NCBI RefSeq assembly: GCF_006345805.1 | Contig: NC_043009.1 | Location: 61,876,001-61,940,000 of the forward strand | Direction: 5' to 3' | From: Octopus sinensis | Lineage: Eukaryota | DNA length: 64,000 bases | Shown here: piece after piece, positions 1-13,552 of the stretch | How positions within the stretch are numbered: position 1 is the stretch's first letter | How the letters are laid out: each line of letters begins with the position of its first letter | Notes under the pieces: model-generated | The model's database searches: none | Told to the model about the DNA's origin: nothing | The model's input: only the letters and a program-made list of their open reading frames with translations | Translations under genes and position numbers: made by a program

Positions 1-59
1 AAATGATTGAAAGAAAAGAATAAAAGAATACATATACATATATATGTAATATATATAAA

Positions 60-230
60 GCACTCAGTCCACTCTGTGGGGTGGTTGGTGTTAGGAAGGG
101 CATCCAGCTGTAAAAACCATGCCAAAACAGACACAGTAGTCAGGTGTAATTTTCTACCTGGCCAGCTCCTTTCAAACTGTCCAACTGATGCCAGCATGGA
201 AGGTGGGTGTTAAACAATGATGATGATAAT
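60..230 (+). mobile_element. 3' end fragment of an RTE-clade LINE (or RTE-tailed SINE)
   Basis: GGTTGGTGTTAGGAAGGGCATCCAGCTGTAAAA...CATGGAAGG...GTTAAACAATGATGATG. The same 3' end follows RTE coding remnants at 31620-32630 and 63530-64000. Confidence 0.7.
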
Positions 231-1124
231 AATCTTCATAGAACTTGCTTCTACCTAATTAGATATAAACTCTTATGATCATACTGCTTGAATTTGGTTG
301 GCAGTGGCAGCGTTAATTTGTATCCAAGTAGGAGATCAGTAGTCAGTGATTGAGCTTCTGCATTTTGATGGGTGTGAAGGGTGCTGATGCTTGAAATGGC
401 TGTTCAGAGAAGAGCTGGGGCATTTGTTGCAGGAGGAGAGCTGATGGGGGATGAGGAAGAGCAAGGCACTCTTTGTGTCTTTGACTATTTGGATTAAAAG
501 TAGCTAAACATCCCTTTCAATGTGAATATAGGCTCAACAGTTTCAGTAGAGAGAAGTGGTTTCAATTTTCTTAGTGCAAAATGTGTATTTTTTTTGTTAT
601 AAATGAAGGAGGATTGTACCATGATGATCTTCTATTACTCAGGATCCTCAGCTCAGAGGCAACATGTATACTGTGGAGAACTTAGTTTCTTTAACCTTTT
701 CATTGCTATCATCATCATCATCATCATCATTGTTTTAATGTAAAAGGCACTTGCCCAAAATGCTGCACAGTGGGACTGAACCTGAGACCACATGGTTTGG
801 AAGCAAGCTTCTTAACCACACAGCCATGCCTATGCCTATCTTCACAAATGTAATCAAAATGTGTCACTTACCTTATGGGTAAATTAAAATTACAGGTAAA
901 TAAAATAAATAAATAAATAAATAAAACAAAAACGGGGCAAATTTTTTTATAAAAGTATTTTATGAAATCACGATACATACAATCAAATTGTACAATATTC
1001 CTGTCGTAGAAACTTGTAAAGAATTTCACTCTACATGATACGAACATGCAGGATGAGCATTGGACAGTCGTTTCGATTGGCTGTGCATTTTCTCATGTTT
1101 TCATTATTACTATATGTTTAACTT

Positions 1125-1360
1125 TTTTATTGTATCTGTGGAGTCATTCTCTTTTAGTGCTTTATTAATTTAAAACACATGCCGGTCTAATTTCCTCTTA
1201 TTTATTTTTACTAAAAATTTTGTGGTGTCATGCAACCTGTTCTGAAAATTTTCTAAAAATTTTAGTAAAAATAAAGTAAATGAGTGGAAATCAGACCAGC
1301 GTGTGTGTGTTAAATTAATAAGGCACTAAAAGAGAATGACTCTACACAGACACAATAAAA
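1125..1360. repeat. Long inverted repeat (~100 bp arms, ~30 bp spacer)
   Basis: 1125-1221 (TTTTATTGTATCTGTGGAGTCATTCTCTTTTAGTGC...) is the near reverse complement of 1254-1360 (...GCACTAAAAGAGAATGACTCTACACAGACACAATAAAA). Confidence 0.85.
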
Positions 1361-1454
1361 TATGCTTCAATACATGAATTCACATAAAGAATCTTGCAAA
1401 CCAAATACAAAAATGAAACATGTGTATAACATTGTTCCAAAAACCATAACTGTA

Positions 1455-1600
1455 TTTGTTGTTTAGCCCCAGGTCAGTTCAAATAGATCAGACCTGTGAT
1501 CATCAAAAGCATTCTAAGTGTGGCCATTCCATTTTTTCCCATTGATTTGGCTGGTACTTGTAGCAAGTTGAGCGATGACATAGAAATTTCTTCCTCATTA
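1455..1600 (+). repeat. Unclassified ~200-bp interspersed repeat ('family D'), representative copy
   Basis: Blocks TTGTTTAGCCCCAGGTCAG / GACCTATGATCAAAGGCATTC / GATTTGGCTGCTATTTCTAGCA recur at ~5140, 6110, 23915, 24535 (-), 26350, 31365, 35460 and 40000. Confidence 0.6.
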
Positions 1601-2820
1601 GCTTGAATACTTGTCACTCAACCATTATATCTTATTAGTTTCAGAGTTAATCTGCAAAATTTTGTTTTAACTCTGTTAATAATGATCTTTGAGAAAGAAA
1701 TGAATGTCACATAACCCCTTCTATAAATCAACTTTAAGGAGCTAACTATACCTCAGATTAAGTCCTGTAGTTGTAAAATACTGTTACATTTACAAAAGAA
1801 TCATTCTATTTAATAGCCATGTTGTTGTTGTTACTGATGCTGATAATAGTGGTGATGATGATGGTAGTGGTGGTAATGATAACAATGAGGACAACAGGGT
1901 TACTGTTTATAATGATGATGATGATGGTACTGACAGTGATGATAGTGGCAGTATTAATATTGCTGATACTGATGATGATGTTGACAATATCACTTGTTCA
2001 TATTAATGATGATGATGTCACTGTTGATACCGAATGTGATGATGTTTTATTACAACTTGCCATCAAAAGAATCCTAGATATCAAAGAAAGACAGATTGGC
2101 CACAGCTGGAATGTCTTTGCTCATGGCTCTACTCCTCAGTCTACTTTTAAGGTTTATGTAACTTTATTTATTACAGTGAAAGAACTAAACAGAACATCAA
2201 AATGAAAATAAACACTTTATCTTAATGCTTCCCTTTACATGTAAATATTTTGTAAAGATCTATGATTGCAAATGCCCAGTAATGGTTGATTTCCATGTAT
2301 CTCAAGTCTGGTTCTGAAATTTAGTTTCTGAGAGAGTCTAACAAACCCAGAAGCGCGCCTTTCTTCACCCGACCTTACTATATTCTCTCTCCACTTGAGC
2401 TTAGATTAAATTGACATATGGGAATTAACAACCTCCCACTTTGTAAGCACTGACGTGAAATAGTCTGAGGGGTTAGAAGTAGGTCATTGCCAAGACTGTG
2501 GCACTAGCATTCCCATCAGGCATTTCTTGAAGCCCCTGCGGATATTCTACTTTTTTTATTTCTAATTTTCAGTGACTCACTACCCTATAGTTTTGATGTT
2601 TTACATCTTTTGAGATGTTTAAATGTTTTATGGTTGAACAAAGCTTCACTTCCCTGTGGGAGTGAGAAGTGTGAAATATTAAATACGTATTTGAACTTCC
2701 GAGATAAGTTATTTTTAAAATAATTTAAATCTCTACAATCTTTATCTCCACCTATCTTAATTCTTTGATTTTGACACTATATTTTAATCAGTTTATTCTC
2801 AGATTATCTTCAGGGACCAG

Positions 2821-2854
<34 letters not shown>

Positions 2855-3029
2855 GCAACAGAAGCAGTATTAATATCAAAAGGTGATATTTATCACCACT
2901 TCTAACACATCTACTTCTAAGTGGTGATAAACATTTCCTCTATATACACACACCACACACACACACACATATATAGGTAGGTTTGAACATAAAGCCTTGG
3001 TATCTAACAGGGTCACAGGGTTGAGGTGG

Positions 3030-4130
3030 GGGCACCGTGGTTCCACGTCATCCGTGTATGCAGACACAACTCTCTTTGTCACCTAGTTATAGCGGGAAGC
3101 CTTTTAGAATTTCTATCCTCCACAGCGGTGACTCTGGTGTGGAATGCAAACATGGATTTGAGCATGTGATGAGAGGTAACCATTTAGTTTGACCAACTGA
3201 ACAGGCACTATTGTAGTTTGTAGTGAACCAGCCTTAGCAGACAAACCTAGCTGCTCTTAGGATAGCTGCCAGGTAATGGTGTTTGACCCTCTCAAAAGCT
3301 TTGGGCTGACTGAAACTGACCAGTACTACACAAAGCCAGATGTACTTCCAGCCTGTCCTGCAGTGTATCACACAAAGTGGAAATTGTCATGGATATATCT
3401 ACCTGGGATTACACAAACAAATAGATCTACTAGGGATTGTACAGGTTTACACTTCTGATAACAAGCACCACCCTCTTGATGGGAACCATTGCCAAAATCT
3501 TCTGCTCTTTGTTTAGCAGATCTACAAGTCTGAAGTTCTCTATCACATCCATTCTTGTTTGGGTCCTTTCTTAATAGTGTTATCATTCCCTGGCTCACAT
3601 GACTGTGAATACTGCCAGTTGCTATAGACAGCTATCAGGATAATAGTACGCTTGCCATGTAGAAATAAATCTTTATAAGGGTAAATCATCCAATTGTGGT
3701 TCTCCTTGCACAGAAACTCAGTAACTTTGTCTGCTGAAATTGGCTTTTTGTAGTACTCTGCCTCTCTGGTTTTGAAAGTTGTGTTAGGATGTTTGGATAA
3801 ACATTGAAGACATCATCTCTATTCTATTGGTTTCCACAAACAATATGGCAAAGTGCTACTGGAAGACTGTACGGATTTGCTTGGAATCAGATAGCACATG
3901 TCTGTTCCAGTTACTCACTGCCTTCACCATAGCTCCTAATTGATGGATTTGTTCCTCCTCCACTCAACTCTTCCCTATAACTTTGTTAAAGCTAATGGAT
4001 GCTGCTATAATTTTCCTCTTTAACTAGATGTACTTCGCCAATTTCCATTTAATTAGTTTGCTAATCTGGTCTCTGAAATCTTTCCATGTTGAGAGAGATG
4101 TATTCAACTTTCAGAAACTGAGTCCTTGTC
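3030..4130 (-). mobile_element. Degenerate L1/Tx1-type LINE reverse transcriptase remnant
   Basis: Minus-strand fragments ITLLRKDP, VIPGRYIHDN, KAFERVKHHYLAAIL and VSAYTDD match RT motifs (ITLLxK, PGRxIxDN, KAFDRVxH, YADD) in the right order, with frameshifts and stops. Confidence 0.8.
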
Positions 4131-6981
4131 TATTGGTCTTTTCTATTGTCTTCATAAATAAGGAATGGAGGCTTTATGACTGTATTATTGTGTAATAATT
4201 ATTGTGCTATATTCATAGTTAATGATACTAAAACATCTGTACAACTCTGATGTTCCCCTGGCAAACATTTGGTGTAGTGACTAAGTACTGCACTATAATT
4301 TGAAAATACTGCCATTAGTCCCGTGATGTTGAATTCCTCAAGTTTCTGCGTAGTTCATTTTTCTATAAAAATAAGTGTGATAGACTGCACTTGGGCACCA
4401 TTTAAAACATCTCTAAAAATATGAAATTCTCCTGAAAGCTAATCATAAGCCTAAATATATGTGTACAACAAAGTACTGCAATGACTCATCCTAATTAAAG
4501 CAGAATTTGTTTGTAATTTAACTACATTTCAAAGCAGTAATCACAGGTTCCCAGATGTGTGTGCATCAATGCATCTCTGTAACTGTTATCCAAGATAAGA
4601 GTGAGTTGAGTGGAATCTGTATAGGGCTTTTCTTCTTCTTCTTCTTATAAAAAAAAAGGCAAAATACTGTTTTAATCTAAAATCTCAGATGCCATTGACT
4701 GAAGGTCTGATGAGTAAGTTGTATGCCTTATGTCATTCATTAATATAGTTTTGTTTTCTAACTGACGATGGTAAATGTCTTTGCAATAAAATCTTTACGT
4801 TAATGGCTCTAATTTCTTGTCCCAATACTTTTATGCAGGAATATGTTTCCTGGCTTGGCAACTTCTCATTTGAAATCAGATTTGTTTTCTTTAAGTTGCT
4901 TTGTTGGAGAACTTGCCTAGGGCAGAATTCGAACCAAAGGCTTTGAGATACCAATACCCTTCACTAAATTCTCTGTTCACAAACCTGTTCATTCATTGAT
5001 GTAGTGTTTATTTAATCATTCCTGCTGGACTGGATGGATTCATATAACGAGTTTAAATATAAAGAAAGCTTCCAAACTTGTCACTGGCAAAAATATATTC
5101 AAGATCTCTTATTTCAGGACCAACTTAACTAGTCTAGTTGTTGTTGTTTAGTCTCAAAACAGCTCTAATATGATGAGGTAAAGACATTCAAACTGTGATC
5201 ACCTTGTCTTTGTTTAAGGTATCCAGGACTGCATTATCTTGGATACGTGTTTCCTTCCATTTTTTAGGCAATAGGCAATGATTTTAGAGAGATTTGACTT
5301 CCATAATTCTGAGGTGGCAGTTGTAACTTGGTTTCATCAGATATTCTGCAGGTGCCACCTTAGCTGTGTTACATGTTTTCACATGAGAGCCTTTACCTTG
5401 TGTGCCTCCTTCTCTCTTCTGAAGCCATGGCATTGATTCATTCTCTTAACAAATATTTCATTTTGACTACATCCTTCTCTTATTCTTGGAGCCAAATAGA
5501 AACTGTGATTGTTTCACAAACCATGATGATTTATAGAATCAGTGTTTGTAGTTTTGTTGTCAGATAATGCTAGCCTATCCCATAGAATTTCCTTAGAAAA
5601 TCCTGCCACCCACTACCTAGCTAGATAAAGTGAAATCTTTCTGTAAGACATACTAAAAACATTAGTAATGGCATCATCTGATGGAAGTATGAACCAATTA
5701 TAGATTTAATGATATTGTTGCTCTTGGAAGCAGTTTGCAAGTTGACCATGTTAAGATTTTTTTTATAATTTTGAGTTATTTTTTGTTTTGTTTTGTTTTT
5801 TCTCAAACACAAGCAGGAAAGCTTGACAATATTTAGTGAACCTCAGCAGGTTTTGAGCTACACAAAACTTGAAAACGTCTTCAAATTGCTGGAATTCAGT
5901 TTATTGAATTAACTGGACACCACCGTCAAAATATTCAGCCATATCACATCAGTACTTGTTAAGGTCATCTCTACAGATATTCTATAGAAATTATGACCAG
6001 CACTGATTTTCGTTTTGACGTTTCATATCCGAGACAATATGTCAGATGTAAACAAACAAGGCATTAGTATCACATCAGTATCTCCCTTCCCAATGTCACC
6101 ATTGAACAGTAGGGTTTTTGCTCCGGGTCTGTCTTGTCTGGGCAGACCTATGACCAAAGGTATTTCAGCTATGACATATCTCATCCATCTTTCAGGCTAT
6201 CTTGGATTATATTATTCAATGTCTGTTTTCCTTTTCAAAATAGCATGGTGTGGTTTGAGAGAGCTTTAGTTGCTGTTTCTTCAGTCCCCATCCCACACAC
6301 ACACATGTATGTATATAAAAAAATGTCTGGCATAACCATTGTATTCTTCCGGGCAAAATTTCCTAACTAAAATAGAATAAACTTTGATAAATTTTCTTTT
6401 CATTTTCTTCTCATCTCAGTCTTCAAAGCTTTTATAATTATTTTCAAAAATGTTCCTATCTGAATCTTACCATTACTTAGACAATCGGTGTATTTGTTAT
6501 TCTGTCTCCTGTACCTGGGTACCGCCAAAATAACAGCATGTCTGAACAGTCAGTGTCCTAGTGACCCAGCTGACAATGTGATAGGGGATGCTTTCTTCTA
6601 CTAAGCAATGAATCAAAAATTAACCAATCAGAGCAAAGGAATAAACGTGAGATAAGCAAGAACAGTTGCCATTGGTGGCAGTATTATCACATTCCTGACA
6701 CTTTATTCAGTTTCTTTTTGTGGGAAAGGAAGCTGACCATATGGTGATAATATTGCTGGCTACTGTCTTGAGGTCATTTCATGCTAATGGGGGTTTTATC
6801 TCAGGAGATAAGAACAGCTGTAGTAAATGTCTTGTGAGGCTGGGTGTATATATAATATATAATTTATTGTTGCTGAACAGCTAACAACAAAGGGAAATGA
6901 ACTGATATAAAGAGTATGGGTATGGCAGAGAATAAAATTATATACTACAACTTTTTCAACACGTGTGTGCATGCGCACACG

Positions 6982-7019
<38 letters not shown>

Positions 7020-7054
7020 TGCACACACAGAGTATAACTCATTTAGTGGTGTGT

Positions 7055-7250
7055 GGCACGCTGGGCGAAATACTTAGTGGTATTTCGTCTGCCGTTACGT
7101 TCTGAGGTCGACTTTGCCTTTCATCCTTTCAGGGTCGATTAAATAAGTACCAGTTACGCACTAGGGTCGATGTAATTGACTTAATCCCTTTGTCTGTCCT
7201 TGTTGTTCCTTCTGTGTTTAGCCCCTTGTGGGTAGTAAAGAAATAGGTAT
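7055..7250 (+). mobile_element. tRNA-related SINE family B, 5'-truncated copy
   Basis: GGTCGACTTTGCCTTTCATCCTTTCAGGGTCGAT...AAGTACCAG core shared with many copies in the window. Confidence 0.7.
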
Positions 7251-7904
7251 ATCATCATCATAATTTTAACAGTCATTTTCTTTTCCATGCTTGCATGGGC
7301 CAGGCAGAATTTGTCGAGGTAGATTTTTTTATAGCCAGATGCCCTTCTGGTTGTTAATCGTCACCTGTTTTCCAAGCGAGGTGATACTTCTTCATGGTTG
7401 GACCTGTTACCTTGGAAGATTGGAAATGAAGGGCACTGCCTGTATGTTGCTGGCATTCCTTTACAGCTATTGTACCAGATTGCAACATATAGACACGCAC
7501 ACATGCGCATCTTCCCATACACACACACGACTGACTTTTTTCCATTTCTGTCTACCAAATCCCACTTAGGAAGCTTTGGTTGGCCTGGGGCTATAGTAGA
7601 AAACACTTCCCCAAGGTGCTCCGCAGTGTGACTGGACTTGAAACAGCATGGTTGGGTAACAAGCTTCTAAACCATATAGCCACGTGTGTGTGTGTGCATC
7701 TTTGTGTCTGTGTTTGTCCACTTGACAACCGGTGTTGGTGTGTTTACATCCCCATGACTTAGTAGTTCAGTAAAAGAGACCAATAGACTAAGTACCTGGC
7801 TTTTAAAAAGTATGTACTGGGGTCAATACATTTGACTAAAAACTCTTCAAGGTTGTGCCCCAGTATGACCAGTCTAATGACTGAAAGAAGTAAAAGATAA
7901 AAGA

Positions 7905-8263
7905 TAGGGTGACACAAAAGTCAATTTCCATTTTAGATTTAAACCCTCATGATTTTTTTTTCCTTGGATTTATCTTAAAGACAGTTTATATTAACAAGAA
8001 TCAGACACTCCAGGAACTGAAGAATAATATTTAAGAGGAAATTAGATCATTGTAGCCAAATTAATTATGAACTGACTTGGAACATTGCCTAGAAAAGGTT
8101 TAACTGCAAAGTTGAAAATGGCAGACATTTGTGGAATGTTATATTTCATAATTCTAAGTAATTTTCAAGGTTTAAAATAAATATATTTAAAGGAGAAATC
8201 TCTTGATCTTGTTATTAAGTGAATTTAACTTTTAAAATGGAAAGTGATTTTTGTACTACCCTG
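7905..8263 (+). mobile_element. Internally deleted Tc1/mariner-superfamily element (Tc3/maT-like) with ~33-bp TIRs
   Basis: Left end TAGGGTGACACAAAAGTCAATTTCCATTTTAGA matches the reverse complement of the right end, CAGGGTAGTACAAAAATCACTTTCCATTTTAAA. The interior encodes a transposase C-terminus-like remnant (KTVYINKNQTLQELKNNI*EEIRSL...ENGRHL). Confidence 0.75.
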
Positions 8264-8289
8264 TGTGTGTGTGTGTGTGTGTGTGTGTC

Positions 8290-8653
8290 CCAAAAGGATC
8301 AAAACTCTTTCCCAAGCCATAGGCTAATAAGTTTTTTGGAATTAGTGGTGTATTTATTCTAGCCCTGGATGAGATGCTGGTCTGTTGACCAGTCTGGGAT
8401 GGAGGAGTAGCAGTCTTTCATTCATTTTGGCAATTTCATGGCAATATGTTTCTGCAGTAATGGTTTTTCTGGGTTTCAAGAAGTTATAGTGGATAGGCGC
8501 AGGAGTGGCTGTGTGGTAAGTAGCTTGTTTACCAACCACATGGGTTCAGTCCCACTGCGTGGCATCTTGGGCAAGTGTCTTCTGCTATAGCCTCGGCCGA
8601 CCAATGCCTTGTGAGTGGATTTGGTAGACGGAAACTGAAAGAAGCCTGTCGTA

Positions 8654-8701
<48 letters not shown>

Positions 8702-9647
8702 CATATGTTTGTGTGTCTGTGTTTGTCCCCCTAGCATTGCTTGACAACCGATGCTGGTGTGTTTAGGTCCCCGTCACTTAGCGATTCGGCAAAAGAGACC
8801 GATAGAATAAGTACTGGGCTTACAAAGAATAAGTCCCGGGGTCGATTTGCTCGACTAAAGGCGGTGCTCCAGCATGGCTGCAGTCAAATGACTGAAACTA
8901 GTAAAAGAGTAAAAGAGAAAAGCCAGCAGTACACCACCGAACAGTCACCATAACCTTTTTGAAGAACTTGGGTTTAGGGAAGGTTTTTTGGTGCTACATT
9001 TTGATCCAACCACTGCTAGTTACAATACGGTTGAGAAACGGATCGGTCTGGTTACAGAGAAGAAGTGACGAGCAAATTTCACATCCGCACATTTTCTATT
9101 TTCATTCAAATTGTGTGGTACCCATTTGAAGAGTTTTTTGATTTTCTGGTCACATGCAAATGGTTGAAGGCAGTTTTCTGGCTAACTTGAAGTTCCTTTG
9201 CCAGTTCTCGAGTGGTTTTACATGGATCTTTCTCACTGATGGTCTTTAATTGAGCATCATTGATGACAGATGGGCTTCCACTATGCTAATGATCTTCATG
9301 GCTCAGGTCTTCACTGCGAAATCGTTTAAACCATTTTCAAGCTGACCACTCATTGGTCATTTCCTCACCATATGTTTCATTGATATCACAAGAAGTTTCA
9401 GCTGCTTTATATCCTTCTTGGAATAGCAAAATTGCTTGAATATCGTGCTTTGATAGTTCCATTTCAAATGATTGTAACAACGGTGTAAAAAATATCTATG
9501 TTAATTTATTGATGCATTTAGGCAAGTCTATGTCTGTATTATCAGACAGTTGCAAAGAAATGTTTAAAGTAAATTCAAAACTCTGCAAAAATCCAGTACA
9601 AATTCTTCACAGTTTAAAACGTTGCTTACTTTTTACTCAACCTGATA
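8290..9647 (-). mobile_element. Degenerate mariner transposon, interrupted by a SINE
   Basis: Minus strand reads ETYGEE...KWFKRFRSED (HTH), WVPHNL at 9107-9124, FLNRIVT, PKPK..KKVMVTVRW, and IHYNFLKPRKTITAETYCHEI. TIR TATCAGGTTGAGTAAAAAGTAAGCAACGTTTT at 9616-9647 resembles Hsmar1-type TIRs. Confidence 0.9.
8496..8917 (+). mobile_element. tRNA-derived SINE family A (internal microsatellite), near full length
   Basis: A-box-like TGGCTGTGTGG, B-box-like GGTTCAGTCCC, CORE-like CTTGGGCAAG, internal (TA)n(TG)n, tail ending GTAAAAGA. It splits the mariner AG.IHY codons. Confidence 0.85.
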
Positions 9648-10408
9648 TATATATATGTGTGTATGTATATATGTATGATTATATGTATATATGTGTGTGT
9701 ATATATATATATATGTATGTGTGTATTTATTTATATATATATGTGTGTGTGTATGTGTATATGTGTATATATGTGTGTGTGTATATATATATGTGTGTGT
9801 GTGTATGTGTGTATATACATATATATATATGCATGTGTATGTATGTATACACGTGTGTATGTATATATATGTATGTATATGTATGTATGTCTATATATAT
9901 ATGTGTGTCTCTGTATATATATGTGTGTATATACATGTGTATATGTATATATGTATGTATATATATGTATATATACATATATATGTATGTATGTATATAT
10001 ATGTGTATATACATATATATATATGTATGTATATATATGTGTATATACATATATATATATGTATGTATGTATATATATGTGTATATACATATATATGTAT
10101 GTATATATATGTGTATGTATATATATATATGTATGTATATATATATATATGTGTATATACATATATATGTATATATGTATATATATGTGTATATACATAT
10201 ATATGTACATATATATGTATATATATGTGTATGTAGATATATATGTATGTATATATGTGTGTATATACATATATATGTATGTATATATATATATATATGT
10301 GTATATTTATATGTATATATACATATACGTATGTATATATATATATATATGTGTATATTCATATGTATATATACATATACGTATGTATATATAGATATAT
10401 GTGTATAT

Positions 10409-10456
<48 letters not shown>
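9646..10456. repeat. ~810-bp compound (TA)/(TG)/(TATG) microsatellite
   Basis: Directly visible. It accounts for all long Y/I/C/V/M ORFs at 9509-10539. Confidence 0.98.
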
Positions 10457-12821
10457 CTTATTCTGGAGCATATAAATTGTAGAATGGGTGTTATTTGTTG
10501 TTTGTATATGAAAAAAAGTTTGCACTGAGTGGAATACATTAATTTGTTATGAGGAAGAGGGTGTAGCTTAGCATTAAATTCTTCAGATTCTGCTGTGTCA
10601 TTTAGATGTATACAACCTTGTAAAGTTATAAAATAACAGCCTAGTCCTTAGGAAGGGCATGAATGTCACAATGTTATCTAGTTGTTGTAAATCTGTATGT
10701 GATTTTGTTTCACAAAAACAAGCTAATCAATAAATACTTTAGCTTAAGCAAATGTGTCTCTCTATGGTTTAGTATTATTTTATAATGATGCATGATTAAT
10801 TTTATGTGCTAGAGGAAATAGGTGTTGTGGTGGTTATGCCTTTCCTAAAGGGCTGTCAATAGCGTTGTAAAAGAAGTTACTGATTTGGTTCACCAGGCCA
10901 TTATTACCTTCTACTCTCTACATTAATTGCTTTACTGACTGGTCATAGAGCAAGTGGCCAAGGGGGAACTTTGCCCTTATATCCCCAAAAACTACCTTGA
11001 TAGAATTGGGTTAATCAACTACAATCCATCCCTTTACTAATAGGGTCTCTTTTCGTGTATTTGAAAATGTTGATTTTGTATCTTTGCCACAAGGTCACGG
11101 ATTTCTAAGGGAGTATTGCAGGTTAATTAGATTACAGTATATTACTGGTATTTTTCCTTGTCAACCCCAGTTTGATAAGATACTACTCTGGAACATCAAT
11201 AGGATTTGATAAAGAAATGTAAAAATACTGCAAAAGATTTATTGCGCCAATCTATAGTTTCTGTACTCCACTAGCTCTAAATACATTGAAATATTTGATT
11301 TGGTAGTTATATCTGAAATTCAGTCTGTTGCTATCACAGACTTAGGTCTCCTATATTCTTTTGGTGCTAGTGGTCTTTGTCTTGAGTACACTTCTTGTAA
11401 ATATTTGCATGTGTGGGTTCATTCACGTGTGTCTTGAGTTGACCCAAAACTACAGGAAATCAAAGAATATGTTTGTGGGGTTTTTCCCAATGGTAGGTCA
11501 AACCACATGATCAACTGGTTCACTGCCTAGTTCATAGTTCTGTGGTCAGCTTTCATAAATTTGCAGCTCCAGCAAACATACTTGTAGTAAAATAGATGTT
11601 TAAAAAAAAAATTAAAACAATAATTAAAATAAAAATATATCGCAAAAGACATATTTTCGATACGAAAAAAAATCTGTCAGTCACATTCATGACATTTTGT
11701 GAATTCTTTTTATTAATCTTTATCCAATCAATATTTCATCATTTCTCTCTGAACCTCATTGAAATGGTAAGTTATGGTTGTTATTAATGTTACAGTAACT
11801 GGAATTTGAATCTTGCTTTCATTTTTCCCGCTGATATTTACTTCAAAAACTTAATTTTGTAGAATATAACTTGAATAAAAACAAAGGTTTGCATGTGGTG
11901 GAGTAAAACCCTATATTCGAGGAAGGGGAACAATTTGCAGTGTGTTTGTTTGGATTGGAATTCATTTTGGCCAATTATATTTATGTTGATTATCAAATTG
12001 CATCACTTATGTTCATTAAGGCATTGCTTAATTATTATTATTAATGTCTCTCATTGCAAATATAAATTAGGCTATTTTAAGAATATAAATTTGGAAGTTA
12101 AGTTGGTTGAATGGTAAGTAAAGTAATCAAGTTTAATGCCTTTCTGCATTTAATTATGTCTCTCTCAGTTCAAATCCAGTCAAAAAGCAATTCGACCCTT
12201 ATCCCATGTCAGTTTCTCTGTGACTTGATCATTTGGGATGAATGGTGTCCATCTATGAGCGAGTGATCTCTCCAGTTGACTTGAGAGAGTTCGGATTTGC
12301 AAGGGTCATTGGCAAAGTATTCGAAACTGGCCATTTAGAACTGAATTTAGTTTACAAAGACCTCGTAACCTATGCCATGATGCTTCTCATAGCAGTAATA
12401 TACAGAATAAGTTCAGTTGTCTGTACATCTCTTTCATGGTCTTAAGAAACTGAATTATTTCTATTTTGAAAGGGTAAAAAAAACCCCTAAAAAAACTGAA
12501 TGATTATAGCGACTGACTGCCAACAAAATTTGCTGGACATTGGGGAAGTAACTTCCTGAAATCTTTCCTCAATTACCTAATCATCTTTCTCTCTTACCAA
12601 TCTATCAAGTTTTCCAGCTTGTCTTCAAACTAATACTTTTTCATGGATCTAGTGTTTATCTTCAGTTTCTGTAGAGCTTGGTGGACGACAAGCAAGTCTG
12701 TTCCTCGACAAGATATTGGTCTTGTACAGTTGATTTCTCCCTTGGTGAAATTGAACTCAACACTATAGGCCAGTAAATTATTTGTTACTTTCACTGTTTA
12801 TTGTAGTGATTTATATATAAA

Positions 12822-12977
12822 TGCGGGTGTGGTTGTGTGGTAAGAAGCTTGCTTCCCAACCACATGGTTCTGGGCTTAGTCCTACTGTGTGGTACCTTGG
12901 GCAAATGTCTCCTACTACAGCCTTGGGCTGACCAAAGCTTTGTGAGTGAATTTGGCAGACAGAAACTGAAAGAAGCC

Positions 12978-13018
<41 letters not shown>

Positions 13019-13215
13019 TTTGTCTCCTACCACTGCTTGACATCTGGTGTTAGTATGTTTACCTCCCTGTAACTTAGTGGTTTAGCAAAAGAGACTGATG
13101 GAATAAGTACCGGGCTTAAATAAAAAAAAAAGTACAGGGGTTGAATCATTCAACTAAAAATTCTTCAAGGTGGTGCTGCAACATGGCCACAGTCTGAAAC
13201 AAGTAAAAAAAATAA
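12822..13215 (+). mobile_element. SINE family A copy
   Basis: Same head, internal (TG)n and tail as 8496-8917. Confidence 0.85.
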
Positions 13216-13552
13216 AAGCTATCAATCTGTGGTTCCTCTTTGCAGCCAGGTGGACTGGATGGGTGATCATAGACACAGTACAGTGAATTACACCACTACA
13301 CTGTGGTACCTACTTACTGCTACCTGGACTGGTTGACCAGAGTCATAGCATGGTACCAGTTGTAGGATCTGAATCACCAACTCCTTTGGTAGTTGAATTC
13401 ATATTATTGCTTGTCTCAGTTTATGGACTCTAAATAATAGCTTATCAAACATTCTAGACAAAGTTACATGGGATTAGTTATCCTAACAACCAGGGAAAAT
13501 TTTATTTCATTTCACTTCTTATGTCACTTGTGTATATAACATTAGCACTTAT

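Noticed and set aside
860-875. Isolated minus-strand GTAAGT donors (866-871, also ~40714)
   Set aside because: No associated acceptor, promoter or coding signal; chance-level occurrence.
1819-2205. 128-aa hydrophobic ORF
   Set aside because: Derived from degenerate (ATG/GTG/TTG)n trinucleotide repeats.
8496-8570. tRNA genes at SINE heads
   Set aside because: A/B-box-like motifs are present, but there is no cloverleaf and they continue into SINE bodies.
9509-10539. Long ORFs of 180-315 aa
   Set aside because: Translations of a (TA/TG)n microsatellite, open in several frames on both strands.
12470-12760. Possible Tc1-like transposase remnant
   Set aside because: Only a vague resemblance; no motif or TIR could be read with confidence.
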